Part shown: piece by piece, positions 1 to 8,676 of the stretch
Layout of the letters: each line of letters opens with the position of its first letter
Position numbering within the stretch: position 1 is the stretch's first letter
Source: Candidatus Bathyarchaeota archaeon
GTDB lineage: Archaea; Thermoproteota; Bathyarchaeia; Bathyarchaeales; Bathycorpusculaceae
Direction of reading: 5' to 3'
Assembly (NCBI GenBank): GCA_963733095.1
Contig: CAVTBV010000008.1
Span: 1 to 64,000 of the forward strand
Length of the DNA: 64,000 nt
Translations under genes and position numbers: made by a program
The notes under the pieces: model-generated
What the model saw: only the letters and a program-made list of their open reading frames with translations
The model's database searches: none
Told to the model about the DNA's origin: nothing

Positions 1-1323
1 ATAATGCAAAGTAGGCACAACTTTTTCGTGAAGGTACGCATCAAAATAAATGAGCATGTTGCGGCAGCTGATAATATCCATGTTCGAGAATGGGGGGTCT
101 GCAGTTATGTCTTGCTTGGCGAAAACACACATGTCTCGAATATTTTTTGCGATTAGATAGTTGCCGTTGAAACTTTTGAAGAAATGTTTTAGTTGTTTTT
201 CTGGAACGTCAGTTTCTATGGTTTTTGGGTAGCTTCCTTTTCTTGCTTTTTCAATGTTTTTTTCGTTCACATCGGTGCCGAAAATTTGAATTTGAATATT
301 TGTTAGGTCGTTTTCTTCGATGTATTCTTGTATTGCCATTGCGAAAGAATATGCTTCTTCTCCTGTTGAGCAACCTGGAATCCAAATTCTGATGGGTTCT
401 TTGGGTGAACGATTTTTAACGATTTCAGGTAAGACTTTTTCTTTCAAAGCGGCGAAAGTTTCAGGCTCCCTGAAAAAGCCGGTGACTCCAATTAACATAT
501 CATTGTATAGAGCTTCCAACTCGCTTGGATGCGTCCGAAGAAACTCTACATAATTTGCAGTTCTTTTTATGTGGTTAATTACCATTCGACGTGTGATACG
601 TCGGTTTACAACTGTTTCTTTGAAATGTGAGAAATCGACATTGCAATTAAATTTGAGCATAGCAAATATTGCGTTTAAACCTGTTTCCTTCTTGGGCTTT
701 CCTTCTTTTGCTACTTCTTCTTCTCTTGATGCTATTTCACTTCGCGCTAGTTGAGGGTTCATAGCGATTTTTTGTATTTCTGCTGCTATCTTGTCTGGAG
801 TCAGAATGAAATCTGCTGCTTCCGCCGAAATGGCACTTTGGGGCATATCGCCGTACTGAGCTGAATTTGGAGTCTGAGCGAAAGTGATTCCGCCCTGTGC
901 TTTGATAGCCTTTAGACCTTCGGTACCGTCGGAGCCTGTTCCCGAAAGAACAACTCCTATGCTTTGATTTTTCGAGTCTTCAGCTAAGGAAACAAAAAAA
1001 GTATCAATTGGTTTAAACGATTTAACCTTGGAATTAAGGATGAGGGTTTTGTTTTCCATGGTCATGGTGTTTCCTGGAGGAATTACATAAACGTGGTCTG
1101 GTTCAACAGCCATTTTATTCTTGACAGCTTGGACGGGCATTTTGGTAAATCTTGAAAGAATATCGGTTAGCATGCTTTCCTGACCAGCTGCCAGATGTTG
1201 AATAACGACAAATGACAGCCCTGTATCTACTGGTAAACATTCAAGCAAAACTTTGAACGCTTCTAAGCCGCCCGCGGAAGCGCCAATTCCCACCGTGATG
1301 ACTGATTGTTTAACTTTGGACAT
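1..1323 (-). CDS. CheB methylesterase-CheR methyltransferase fusion, C-terminus runs off the window
   Basis: Not in the ORF track because no stop lies in the window. Manual translation from ATG at 1323 gives MSKVKQSVITVGIGASAGGLEAFKVLLECLPVDTGLSFVVIQH (CheB GASAGG motif). Further downstream are GVVLSGTGSDG and the CheR motif RIWIPGCSTGEEAYS. Confidence 0.9.
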   Translation of the reverse strand, partial: MSKVKQSVITVGIGASAGGLEAFKVLLECLPVDTGLSFVVIQHLAAGQESMLTDILSRFTKMPVQAVKNKMAVEPDHVYVIPPGNTMTMENKTLILNSKVKSFKPIDTFFVSLAEDSKNQSIGVVLSGTGSDGTEGLKAIKAQGGITFAQTPNSAQYGDMPQSAISAEAADFILTPDKIAAEIQKIAMNPQLARSEIASREEEVAKEGKPKKETGLNAIFAMLKFNCNVDFSHFKETVVNRRITRRMVINHIKRTANYVEFLRTHPSELEALYNDMLIGVTGFFREPETFAALKEKVLPEIVKNRSPKEPIRIWIPGCSTGEEAYSFAMAIQEYIEENDLTNIQIQIFGTDVNEKNIEKARKGSYPKTIETDVPEKQLKHFFKSFNGNYLIAKNIRDMCVFAKQDITADPPFSNMDIISCRNMLIYFDAYLHEKVVPTLHY

Positions 1324-1975
1324 ATTTTGAACTCCATTTGCACATTTAATTCGCTTTTTCTCCTTTTACAACAATTTGCTACTCCAAAGAGACTTGTTTA
1401 ATTTGTTCCAATTCATTAAGCTCTTGATTTCTAATTATTTATTCTTAAGCTGACTAACTAGTACTTATTCTAGTACGCATTAAGAGAAAAAGTATTTCTC
1501 ATATTGTCTATTGATGAATTTACTAGCTTGAAATCAACTTTATGAAAGGCATAATTTTAAGAAATTTGCAGTCGATAACTTGAGTCCAAATTAGCCATAC
1601 AGAATCAGTAGTTAAATTTGAGATAGAGACGCAATCTCCGTTCTGAGCTAATCCCAGTTTGACTCAATCCTATTTTGGCGATCTTACATTAATTAATTGG
1701 TCAATGAAAAGATAACATAATTGTTTTCAGCCAAACCATCCACTGGAGATACATCTTATCTTTTCACAAAAATGAATAAGAATCGATACAAAGCGATTAT
1801 AAGGGAGCATAAGCTCCTCTCTTTTGGTGAACTAAATGACCGACTTAAAATGTGAAGTAGCGGTCGGGGGACAAGTAAAATATACTATATCGCTGTAGAG
1901 AAACGAAGCCTAACCCATTGTAGAGCGGGATAGGCTTTGTTATTATCATAGGGTGATAATTTTCGCGCTTGAAAG

Positions 1976-2356
1976 TCACTCTAATACAGAATCAGCAAGT
2001 ACCAAAAGCAAAAAAGCTCTCTTTTTCTCGGAAGCTTTGTCAAAGATTTCCTGCATGTTGTTTGAATCCAAAAAAACCGCTAACAACGCTTTGTTGGTTA
2101 ATTGATAGGTTGCAGCTTCACTGCCCACCTTCTTTTCTTTAAGGTATTGCTCATTTACTAAGCAATGCAGCCGTTTTGTTAAGCTAGCATAATAAGTGCC
2201 GCTAAACTCTCTTTGCTTGCTCAAGAGTTTTAGCAATTCAGTTATTTTCAGCGGATAATCCGACACGGCAAGAATTAAGAAAATGGCGAGGTTCAGCTTT
2301 GCTTCCACACCCATGAAAACGCTAAGCTCACTGCCCATGCATTTCTTGCGTGTCAT
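1976..2356 (-). CDS. winged-helix-like hypothetical protein
   Basis: 126-aa ORF with a helix pattern followed by a wing (LHCLVNEQYLKEKKVGSEAATYQLTNKA). Confidence 0.55.
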   Translation of the reverse strand: MTRKKCMGSELSVFMGVEAKLNLAIFLILAVSDYPLKITELLKLLSKQREFSGTYYASLTKRLHCLVNEQYLKEKKVGSEAATYQLTNKALLAVFLDSNNMQEIFDKASEKKRAFLLLVLADSVLE

Positions 2357-2665
2357 CTGTGCTTAACCTTCCTCCCCACTGCAGAAGCCCAAATGGAGGG
2401 TTGCTGCATATCACATTAGCCTAACAAAAATCGGTCGCTACGCTCGAGGAAAAATTTTTCTTTCTAAAGAAATGACTGGGGTGAAATTTTCTTATAGTGC
2501 TAACTTGTTAAAAATTGCTGATTTTACAGCAAAAACATGGGTTTACGAGGGCTTAATGAGAGAAATGTTATGTGTTTTTTGGGGGTGTTTTCTTTAGTAA
2601 GAAATTTTTTGCCCAACACCCAAAATATGTTTTGGGTTCAAGTTTTCAACATGCGGCGGGCACTG

Positions 2666-2995
2666 CTAAACCTTTTTCTTGGCAGCTTTTCTTTTTTTAT
2701 TTTTGGTTACTCCGTTTTGTTGCTGGGTTAGTGCTAAGTACATCGTTTTACCGAATATGCAGATCTTCTGTTCCAAGGGTCTGCGCAAAAAATCCACAAT
2801 CAACTCATTGTACCTGGCGCTTACAGGAACCAAATGCTTCGGATAACCATAGGGATCTCTTCTCTTGTATTTCGTGTAAATTATATTGGAGTAGATTCTG
2901 ATTATAGATGGTTCTTCTATGTCATCAAGCCTATCGAGAATATTGCTATCAGTAAATTCAGCCATGGGCAATCTCTCCGTTTTTCTCTGATGCAT
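2666..2995 (-). CDS. hypothetical protein, probable start MAEFT at ~2963, basic C-tail
   Basis: ORF overlapping the stop of the upstream 92-aa gene; no recognised motif. Confidence 0.4.
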   Translation of the reverse strand: MHQRKTERLPMAEFTDSNILDRLDDIEEPSIIRIYSNIIYTKYKRRDPYGYPKHLVPVSARYNELIVDFLRRPLEQKICIFGKTMYLALTQQQNGVTKNKKRKAAKKKV

Positions 2996-3236
2996 CTTTT
3001 AGTTGGCTTTCAAGCTTCTGTATCCTAACTTGCTGCCCCAACAGGATTGACATCACCATAGGTTCAAACACTATAGGGTTAGTTGCGCAGCTACTTTCCG
3101 AAGCATAATTCCTGCACATATCCATGAGTTCGTCAAAAGCTTCCCGGTCAGACCTACGCAAAGCCCTCGCAAACCCACTCCACCGGCTAATCTCTTCCTC
3201 CAAAGCCATACGATAGGCTGGAACAGTCTTACCCAT
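2958..3236 (-). CDS. small alpha-helical protein of the PolB2-associated arCOG07300-like family
   Basis: MGKTVPAYR...WSGFARALRRSDREAFDELM...YASESSCATNP matches the MGRTxPxYR..W..FRRALR..D...FD.L pattern of this family as I recall it. Confidence 0.7.
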   Translation of the reverse strand: MGKTVPAYRMALEEEISRWSGFARALRRSDREAFDELMDMCRNYASESSCATNPIVFEPMVMSILLGQQVRIQKLESQLKDASEKNGEIAHG

Positions 3237-3385
3237 AACCCACTAAGCCTCCAAACAATCTGAATTCTGTTTCATAGGAAAACACTCGGGGGACAAGCAT
3301 CAGCTCAAACTCTTAATAAAGAAAACTTACAAACTCCTTTTTTCAACAGTAGAGGGCTGACTGAAAATGAATTTTGGCAGTATAT

Positions 3386-3649
3386 TTATGGATGATTTCT
3401 GCTTTTCATCTTAGTTGGCCATTGAGAATCTCGCTTATTAGCAACGTAAATATAACCTAGAACATGGACCAAAAAGAAAATCGCAGAACTCGCCAATAAA
3501 ATTATCATAAAGGTTATTTGATCAGCTGAACGGGCGAAAACGTTGACTATCGCAGAACTAAAATATGCTGCATTTAGTAAGCCCATCAGGACAACTTCGA
3601 GAAAGGAAGCTCCTGTACCAAAATGCCATTTCCGAAGGACAAGGCACAA
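3386..3649 (-). CDS. small membrane protein or fragment
   Basis: Two hydrophobic segments; overlaps the 3' end of the ABC-GNAT gene. Confidence 0.3.
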   Translation of the reverse strand: MCLVLRKWHFGTGASFLEVVLMGLLNAAYFSSAIVNVFARSADQITFMIILLASSAIFFLVHVLGYIYVANKRDSQWPTKMKSRNHP

Positions 3650-5120
3650 ACACGTTCAATAGAGAGCAAAGGTCCTCCACTCTTTCGTTTCTGCTCCAAA
3701 ATAGGTAAACCTTTGTTTGAAGTAGCAGCGCAACAGTTTTAATTAATTTGGCTAATTTCTCAGAGTCTGCAGCTTGAACGTATTTTACATAATCTGCGGT
3801 TATTCCATAAGGCATATGTCTACTAGAGGTCACTTCTTTTTTCAATCGCGGTTGCGGATTCTTAATTAAAACCTCTCGAACGCTACAAAGTTGTTTAGGA
3901 TCCAAAGTCTCTAGCCTTTGTTTAACGTAATGTTGGCTTCCCAGGAGCTGTATATCAAACCCCAAAGAAGATAGAGTCTGCGAGATCCTACAAACAGACT
4001 TCACCTCTGTTTGTTGAATAATGCGTTTCATACCTGCTTTCTCTGCAAAAGGCGAATACTTAGCCATAACCGCAATTAACTCAACAAAGTCCGTGCCAAC
4101 CAAAGGCAGCGACTCACGAATTAACTTCGCACCTAAACCAACAGTTCGATATTTTGGATGAATAACTACACGGTTAACGGTGCTTAGTTGCTGGTTGATT
4201 TCCTGCATTGACATGCGAGGAAGAACCATACGTCTCCCAAAACACGCTGGAGGCGGATAAGTGTAAACTATAACTCCGCAAAGCTCCAAGCCTCGGGTTA
4301 AGCGGAAGAATTTTCGAACAACAGATGTTTTGTGGCCTCGATAGTGGAAACTGCAGAGTTTTTGCCAATCTTCTCGGGTGCCTTCTTCAACTTTCATCTC
4401 TCGAATTAAGCTGCATTCATCTACGTGATTATTTGGGAAATATTCAATCTGAATTTCTTCCCCAAATCGTTTAAACACAATTACAGAAGGCGAAAGGTCC
4501 TCAACCAAGTCACTATGCGTGGTTGCAACAATAACAGCTTTGCCAAGTGACCGGGCGATCTTTTGCAGATTAAAAGAAATAATCTTGGCAGTGTCCCGAT
4601 CAAGGCAAGCGGCGAATTCATCCATAAGCCACCACTGCTTTCCAGATTCGATGAGTTTGGCGATTCGATAGCGGTATTTTTGGCCGTCACTAAGTTGGCT
4701 ATAGCTGCGTAGGAAAAGGAAGGCATCGTTTAACCCTACTTTGCTGAGGAGCTCTAAGCCTTGCTCAACTGTGGCGCCAACAGTTTCGATCAAGGGTTTG
4801 TCTGGATCCACTGCAACTTCTGAGAGGTCGATGGCTTCATCACCGAGGTCTGCCCTGATGGCTCGAAGCAACACGCTTTTGCCGCTGCCACTGTCCCCCG
4901 TAATATAGACAATATCTTTGGGTCCAATTTTGAGTTCTGCATCTAAAACCTTGAACTTCTGAGCTTCATCAATTCCCAAGCCGAACGCTTCAGCTACAAC
5001 TAGGCTTCTGGGAGTTATCTTTGTGTGGGTTTCGTAGCTTATGTTAAAGCTGAATTTTCCAGCCACCCTGTCATAGGTACGCTTGAACGCTCGGATCCTA
5101 AAACCTCTGCGATGTCTCAT
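3558..5120 (-). CDS. ABC-type ATPase fused to GNAT acetyltransferase (COG2401-like)
   Basis: Walker A GDSGSGKS, signature LSDGQKYR, Walker B WLMDEFAACLD, H-loop TTH; C-terminal acetyl-CoA motif RVVIHPKYRTVGLG; no permease alongside. Confidence 0.85.
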   Translation of the reverse strand: MRHRRGFRIRAFKRTYDRVAGKFSFNISYETHTKITPRSLVVAEAFGLGIDEAQKFKVLDAELKIGPKDIVYITGDSGSGKSVLLRAIRADLGDEAIDLSEVAVDPDKPLIETVGATVEQGLELLSKVGLNDAFLFLRSYSQLSDGQKYRYRIAKLIESGKQWWLMDEFAACLDRDTAKIISFNLQKIARSLGKAVIVATTHSDLVEDLSPSVIVFKRFGEEIQIEYFPNNHVDECSLIREMKVEEGTREDWQKLCSFHYRGHKTSVVRKFFRLTRGLELCGVIVYTYPPPACFGRRMVLPRMSMQEINQQLSTVNRVVIHPKYRTVGLGAKLIRESLPLVGTDFVELIAVMAKYSPFAEKAGMKRIIQQTEVKSVCRISQTLSSLGFDIQLLGSQHYVKQRLETLDPKQLCSVREVLIKNPQPRLKKEVTSSRHMPYGITADYVKYVQAADSEKLAKLIKTVALLLQTKVYLFWSRNERVEDLCSLLNVFVPCPSEMAFWYRSFLSRSCPDGLTKCSIF

Positions 5121-5407
5121 TGCTCCAAACTTCCCAGGACATTGTAGACAGAACGATAGCTACGCAAAACTACCAGCCCTTGTGGGGTCAGTTTATAAAA
5201 CATGCGCTCTTTGCCTGGCGCCTTTAGATGCATTTTATGAACTTTATGCGACTTAATCAAGTCCTTTCCTTCAAGAACAATGAGTTTTTTCTTCAAGACA
5301 TTGGCGTTCAAATTTGCTTTATACATGATGTGAGTCAGCTTCAACGGCTTAGAACCTGTAAGAGCCTGCAAAATAGCAACATCCATCTCCAAAGAAGACC
5401 GCTTCAC
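5117..5407 (-). CDS. archaeal winged-helix transcriptional regulator
   Basis: MKRSSLE..ILQAL...LTHIMYKANLN...YKLTPQG pattern; 4-bp overlaps with both neighbours. Confidence 0.8.
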   Translation of the reverse strand: MKRSSLEMDVAILQALTGSKPLKLTHIMYKANLNANVLKKKLIVLEGKDLIKSHKVHKMHLKAPGKERMFYKLTPQGLVVLRSYRSVYNVLGSLEQ

Positions 5408-6849
5408 TTCTGCACCACCGCCAAAAACGGCTCGGGAGACATCTCACATGTTGCATAAACAGCTAAAGCAGTAGCCCAAAAAACATCGTCATGGGTACCA
5501 TTCGGATGCGAAAAGCCTATGGCGCCATCCTTGCGCAAATCATAGCGCTCAACGTTTAGTTCGCTGCAGACGTCGCCTCGGTAGGGTCGCTCCCAATTTA
5601 GTAGCGGATAATAGAATTTGCTGTTAGTCATGCGTTGTTTGAGCAGGCTTGCCATCTCGCTTTTTCTGGGTACGCTAAAGTTTACTCCTTCAGCATTCTC
5701 GATGCCAGCCGTTTGCATGTCGGCGATTATGCTTGGGCCTTCACGGGTGAAGTCTACTCTGATTTTCTGGAATCCACCCCAACGATCCTGCAATGCCTTC
5801 AGATAACCCATAACTTGAGCATAGAGAGTCGGCTGCTGGAAAATCTTCAAGTGACGAAGCAACAGCTTATCATTCAGCCGCTCGATAATCGCGAGCACAC
5901 AATAGTCTCTGGTTTGAGCTAGGTCGAGTCCGGCAAAGAACTCCCCTTCGTAAGTAGCTTCTGGGTTGAACTCTTGCAGGTCCTCTCCACAATTCTTAAC
6001 GGTGCCAACGCAAGCAACAATCAAGCTTTGAGCAAGCCAAACATCTTCGTCTTCAGCCCACTCCGCTTCCATCTCCCGGCGCCAACGTGCAGGGTCGTCA
6101 CCAAACTGGCGTTTAATCTTCTCTATAATTGCAGGCTTTAGCGGACCATTAGGATCCAAAGCCTTTTCCCAAGAGAAATGCAGACGTCCAAAATCGGAGT
6201 AGTCTTTGTGGTTGCACATCTTCCAAAAAAGCGCATCAGTATTGAAGGGTGTGCTGCTAGCTGTTAGTTTTCCGTTTGTTGTGCCAAGGGTAAAGAGGAT
6301 TGCATCGTAGAGATCCTCATCGTTAGCGGTGAAGTTGACTTCATCCCACCAAATTCGGTGGAAGGTGTTGCCTCTGATTGTGTCGGGGTTGTTTGGGAAA
6401 GCTTCAATGACGCTGCCGTTTGGAAAAGTTATCTTTGTTTTCTGTACATGCAGGCCTTGTTGGGGAAGATTTCGGCAGAAGCTTGCGACTCGTCTAATGT
6501 TGAGTTTGGTTTGGCGCCAGCTTGGACCTACAAATCCAATGTTTAAATCAGGTGTATTCCATGCATCTGCGAGGTGTAGCGCTCCAATATCGGTGCTTTT
6601 TCCTGTTTGCCGTGGCCAGCGGACAGCATTGAACTGAAATTTCTCAAATGACTGGATAAGATCAAGCATGTACCAGTAGGGTTTGAGTTTGCAGTACTGC
6701 TCAAGGAACTTTACAGTGTCTTTAGAGACTTCAGCAACTGCAGCTGTCTCCTGGATCCGCTGAGCATTCGCATGACCCTCCAAAGAGTCACGGAGCGCTT
6801 GCAGGTCAGGTAGGCGCATTCGCCTGTGGCTTTTTGACAAGTGACTCAT
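5404..6849 (-). CDS. terL: phage terminase large subunit (likely start MRLPD ~6819)
   Basis: Walker A WPRQTGKST, IRG..FHRIWWDEVNF Walker B, coupling motif SSTP, RNase H-like nuclease GLDLAQTRDY ... HDDVFWATALA. Confidence 0.9.
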   Translation of the reverse strand: MSHLSKSHRRMRLPDLQALRDSLEGHANAQRIQETAAVAEVSKDTVKFLEQYCKLKPYWYMLDLIQSFEKFQFNAVRWPRQTGKSTDIGALHLADAWNTPDLNIGFVGPSWRQTKLNIRRVASFCRNLPQQGLHVQKTKITFPNGSVIEAFPNNPDTIRGNTFHRIWWDEVNFTANDEDLYDAILFTLGTTNGKLTASSTPFNTDALFWKMCNHKDYSDFGRLHFSWEKALDPNGPLKPAIIEKIKRQFGDDPARWRREMEAEWAEDEDVWLAQSLIVACVGTVKNCGEDLQEFNPEATYEGEFFAGLDLAQTRDYCVLAIIERLNDKLLLRHLKIFQQPTLYAQVMGYLKALQDRWGGFQKIRVDFTREGPSIIADMQTAGIENAEGVNFSVPRKSEMASLLKQRMTNSKFYYPLLNWERPYRGDVCSELNVERYDLRKDGAIGFSHPNGTHDDVFWATALAVYATCEMSPEPFLAVVQK

Positions 6850-7249
6850 ATTTCCCCTCTAACTCAACTAAACGCTCCTCGAGCCCACGATAATCCAAAT
6901 AGTCAGCGAAAATTTCCTTGTAGATTTTAACCCCAGCAATAATGCCTCGAAGTCTAAGCACTTCGGATTGGTCAACGCCAGGCGTTTCAAGCGCTGTTAA
7001 AGCGGCACTGAGTTTTTTGAGAGACTGCTCTACGCTTGGCAGCTCTTCTGGTAGCTTCAGAGAAGAAGAAAAAACAGATGTGCCACCGTCAACTCTTTTT
7101 TCTTTCAGCTTAAGATCAAACATTTTCTGCTTGATAGAATCCAGCGTCTTAACCATTAACCGAGAAATCTCATCAACACTTTTGCCCTCGTCAACCAGTT
7201 GCCTTAGCTGCCGAATTTCGTTGATTTCCCATGGTCTGCCCTTTACCAA
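6806..7249 (-). CDS. putative terminase small subunit / HTH DNA-binding protein
   Basis: N-terminal HTH (W...EIRQLRQLVDEGKSVDEISRLM), C-terminal coiled coil, immediately upstream of and overlapping terL. Confidence 0.55.
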   Translation of the reverse strand: MVKGRPWEINEIRQLRQLVDEGKSVDEISRLMVKTLDSIKQKMFDLKLKEKRVDGGTSVFSSSLKLPEELPSVEQSLKKLSAALTALETPGVDQSEVLRLRGIIAGVKIYKEIFADYLDYRGLEERLVELEGKYESLVKKPQANAPT

Positions 7250-7521
7250 TCTAAGGCCTCCAAATCAATAGTGAAAACAGCCTTGCGATTTCGGCGTTCT
7301 TTACGCACGATTTGCATTACAACTAGCTGGTTTAGGTAGGCGCTTTCAACTGCACGCTCCTTTCTGGTTACGTCTGAAACCTCTTGAGCAGTCGCCGACT
7401 CTGTTTTAACGAGAGTTAGCAGTGTAACTTGTAGATGCTTTGGAAAATCCAAAATCTTGTAGAGGCGCTTTTGGGTCATCATGACTTTTGCCCCACAAAA
7501 ATCCCCATAACTGTCCCGCAC
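7243..7521 (-). CDS. small HTH protein
   Basis: ATAQEVSDVTRKERAVESAYLNQLV...RKERRNRKAVF wHTH pattern. Confidence 0.6.
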   Translation of the reverse strand: MRDSYGDFCGAKVMMTQKRLYKILDFPKHLQVTLLTLVKTESATAQEVSDVTRKERAVESAYLNQLVVMQIVRKERRNRKAVFTIDLEALDW

Positions 7522-7775
7522 AACCCTGTAATTGCAGCAAAAACCTCACTATTCCAAGAATGGAGGAGCGCTATGTTTGTGATCTCAACTGCTGTCAAAC
7601 AAGCCATCATGCCTAAGCTGAACTTTACTACGTACACCAGTTTCTCGTTTGGTTCTTCCTCTATCCAGTGCCCACGTTGCATTCGCCTTCTAGTCAAGGC
7701 ACGCTTAATGCGGTCGACCATGAGTGCTAAGCCTCCGCTGAAAAATTCGCACCTGATTAAACGCTCTGTGCCCAC
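7479..7775 (-). CDS. small two-TM membrane protein (probable start MVDRIK)
   Basis: Basic N-terminus followed by two hydrophobic helices. Confidence 0.55.
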   Translation of the reverse strand: MGTERLIRCEFFSGGLALMVDRIKRALTRRRMQRGHWIEEEPNEKLVYVVKFSLGMMACLTAVEITNIALLHSWNSEVFAAITGLCGTVMGIFVGQKS

Positions 7776-8148
7776 CCATCAGAAAACTGTTAACAAGCTT
7801 GCACGCGGCATCTTTTGGAATATGCTCCTTTACAAGGACTACTACGTCGACTGCCCAGCCGATCGGTACAGCAGTATAATCTAAGTCAAAAAGACCATCA
7901 GCATAGCGGAAGCTGTTTTGAGCGAGAACAATATGTTTGACTCGATCGCCGATAAGTCCAACAAAGATGCCCCAACTCTTAACGGGTACATCAATGGCCA
8001 TGCCAGAGCCTGAACTTTTGCCAACAGAAGCGTCACACCACTCAACAACTATTAGGTCTCCAGGTGAAACATTTTCTAAAGCTTTGAGGACTTGTTTTGC
8101 CTGTTTGGACACAATAACATCTCGCATGTAGTAAGAGACCAGTATCAA
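7705..8148 (-). CDS. hypothetical protein of the virus-derived element
   Basis: 147-aa ORF with VEWCDAS and beta-rich pattern; first gene of a chain of overlapping ORFs. Confidence 0.6.
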   Translation of the reverse strand: MILVSYYMRDVIVSKQAKQVLKALENVSPGDLIVVEWCDASVGKSSGSGMAIDVPVKSWGIFVGLIGDRVKHIVLAQNSFRYADGLFDLDYTAVPIGWAVDVVVLVKEHIPKDAACKLVNSFLMGGHRAFNQVRIFQRRLSTHGRPH

Positions 8149-8676
8149 ACCTTCTGCATAAAAAAGATTCTACCGATAAACAACACCTAAAAACAGCAAG
8201 AAGAAGCATAATGAGACGAGGGAATTAGTCAAGAAACTTTTGACTTTTTTTTATTTTTGCTTTTCTTGATAGTTAAAAAAGGGAGGCAAGCAAAGTGGAT
8301 AAGATGACGGGTAAATAGTTTGAGAAGAGCACGCGCGAAAATAGTCTTAGAGCTGCTTCGGCCATCTATGCCGCAGTAGATATAGCTTTTTAACTATCGC
8401 GGTCAAATCAAAATCCCACAGCATACTAGTTCTTATGTGTACAATTATCCAACAATAAAATAGCAAAAATAAGCTCAAATAAAGAAATAGGTGCGCGCCT
8501 AAGGTGAATTGTGATGACGAAAAGCGGTGAGATATCAGGGTTCGTTAAGCAGGGGTTTGCAGTCTCTGTTCGCGCTCCGTGTTCCGGCAGATTTTGGCGC
8601 CTTACAAAAAAGACAGCGCCTGAATTTGGTAAAATTTATATAATATTTAACTCGTAAAGAGTATGAGTTACTAGCG

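Noticed and set aside
320-754. Plus-strand ORFs 320-553 and 569-754, and similar short antisense ORFs throughout
   Set aside because: They are shadows of well-supported genes on the opposite strand (here CheB-CheR).
1906-1937. Hairpin aagcctaaccc/gggataggctt
   Set aside because: A simple isolated stem-loop, probably terminator-like, with nothing else to support it.
1976-8148. Complete provirus
   Set aside because: No recognisable capsid, portal, tail or integrase gene in the window.
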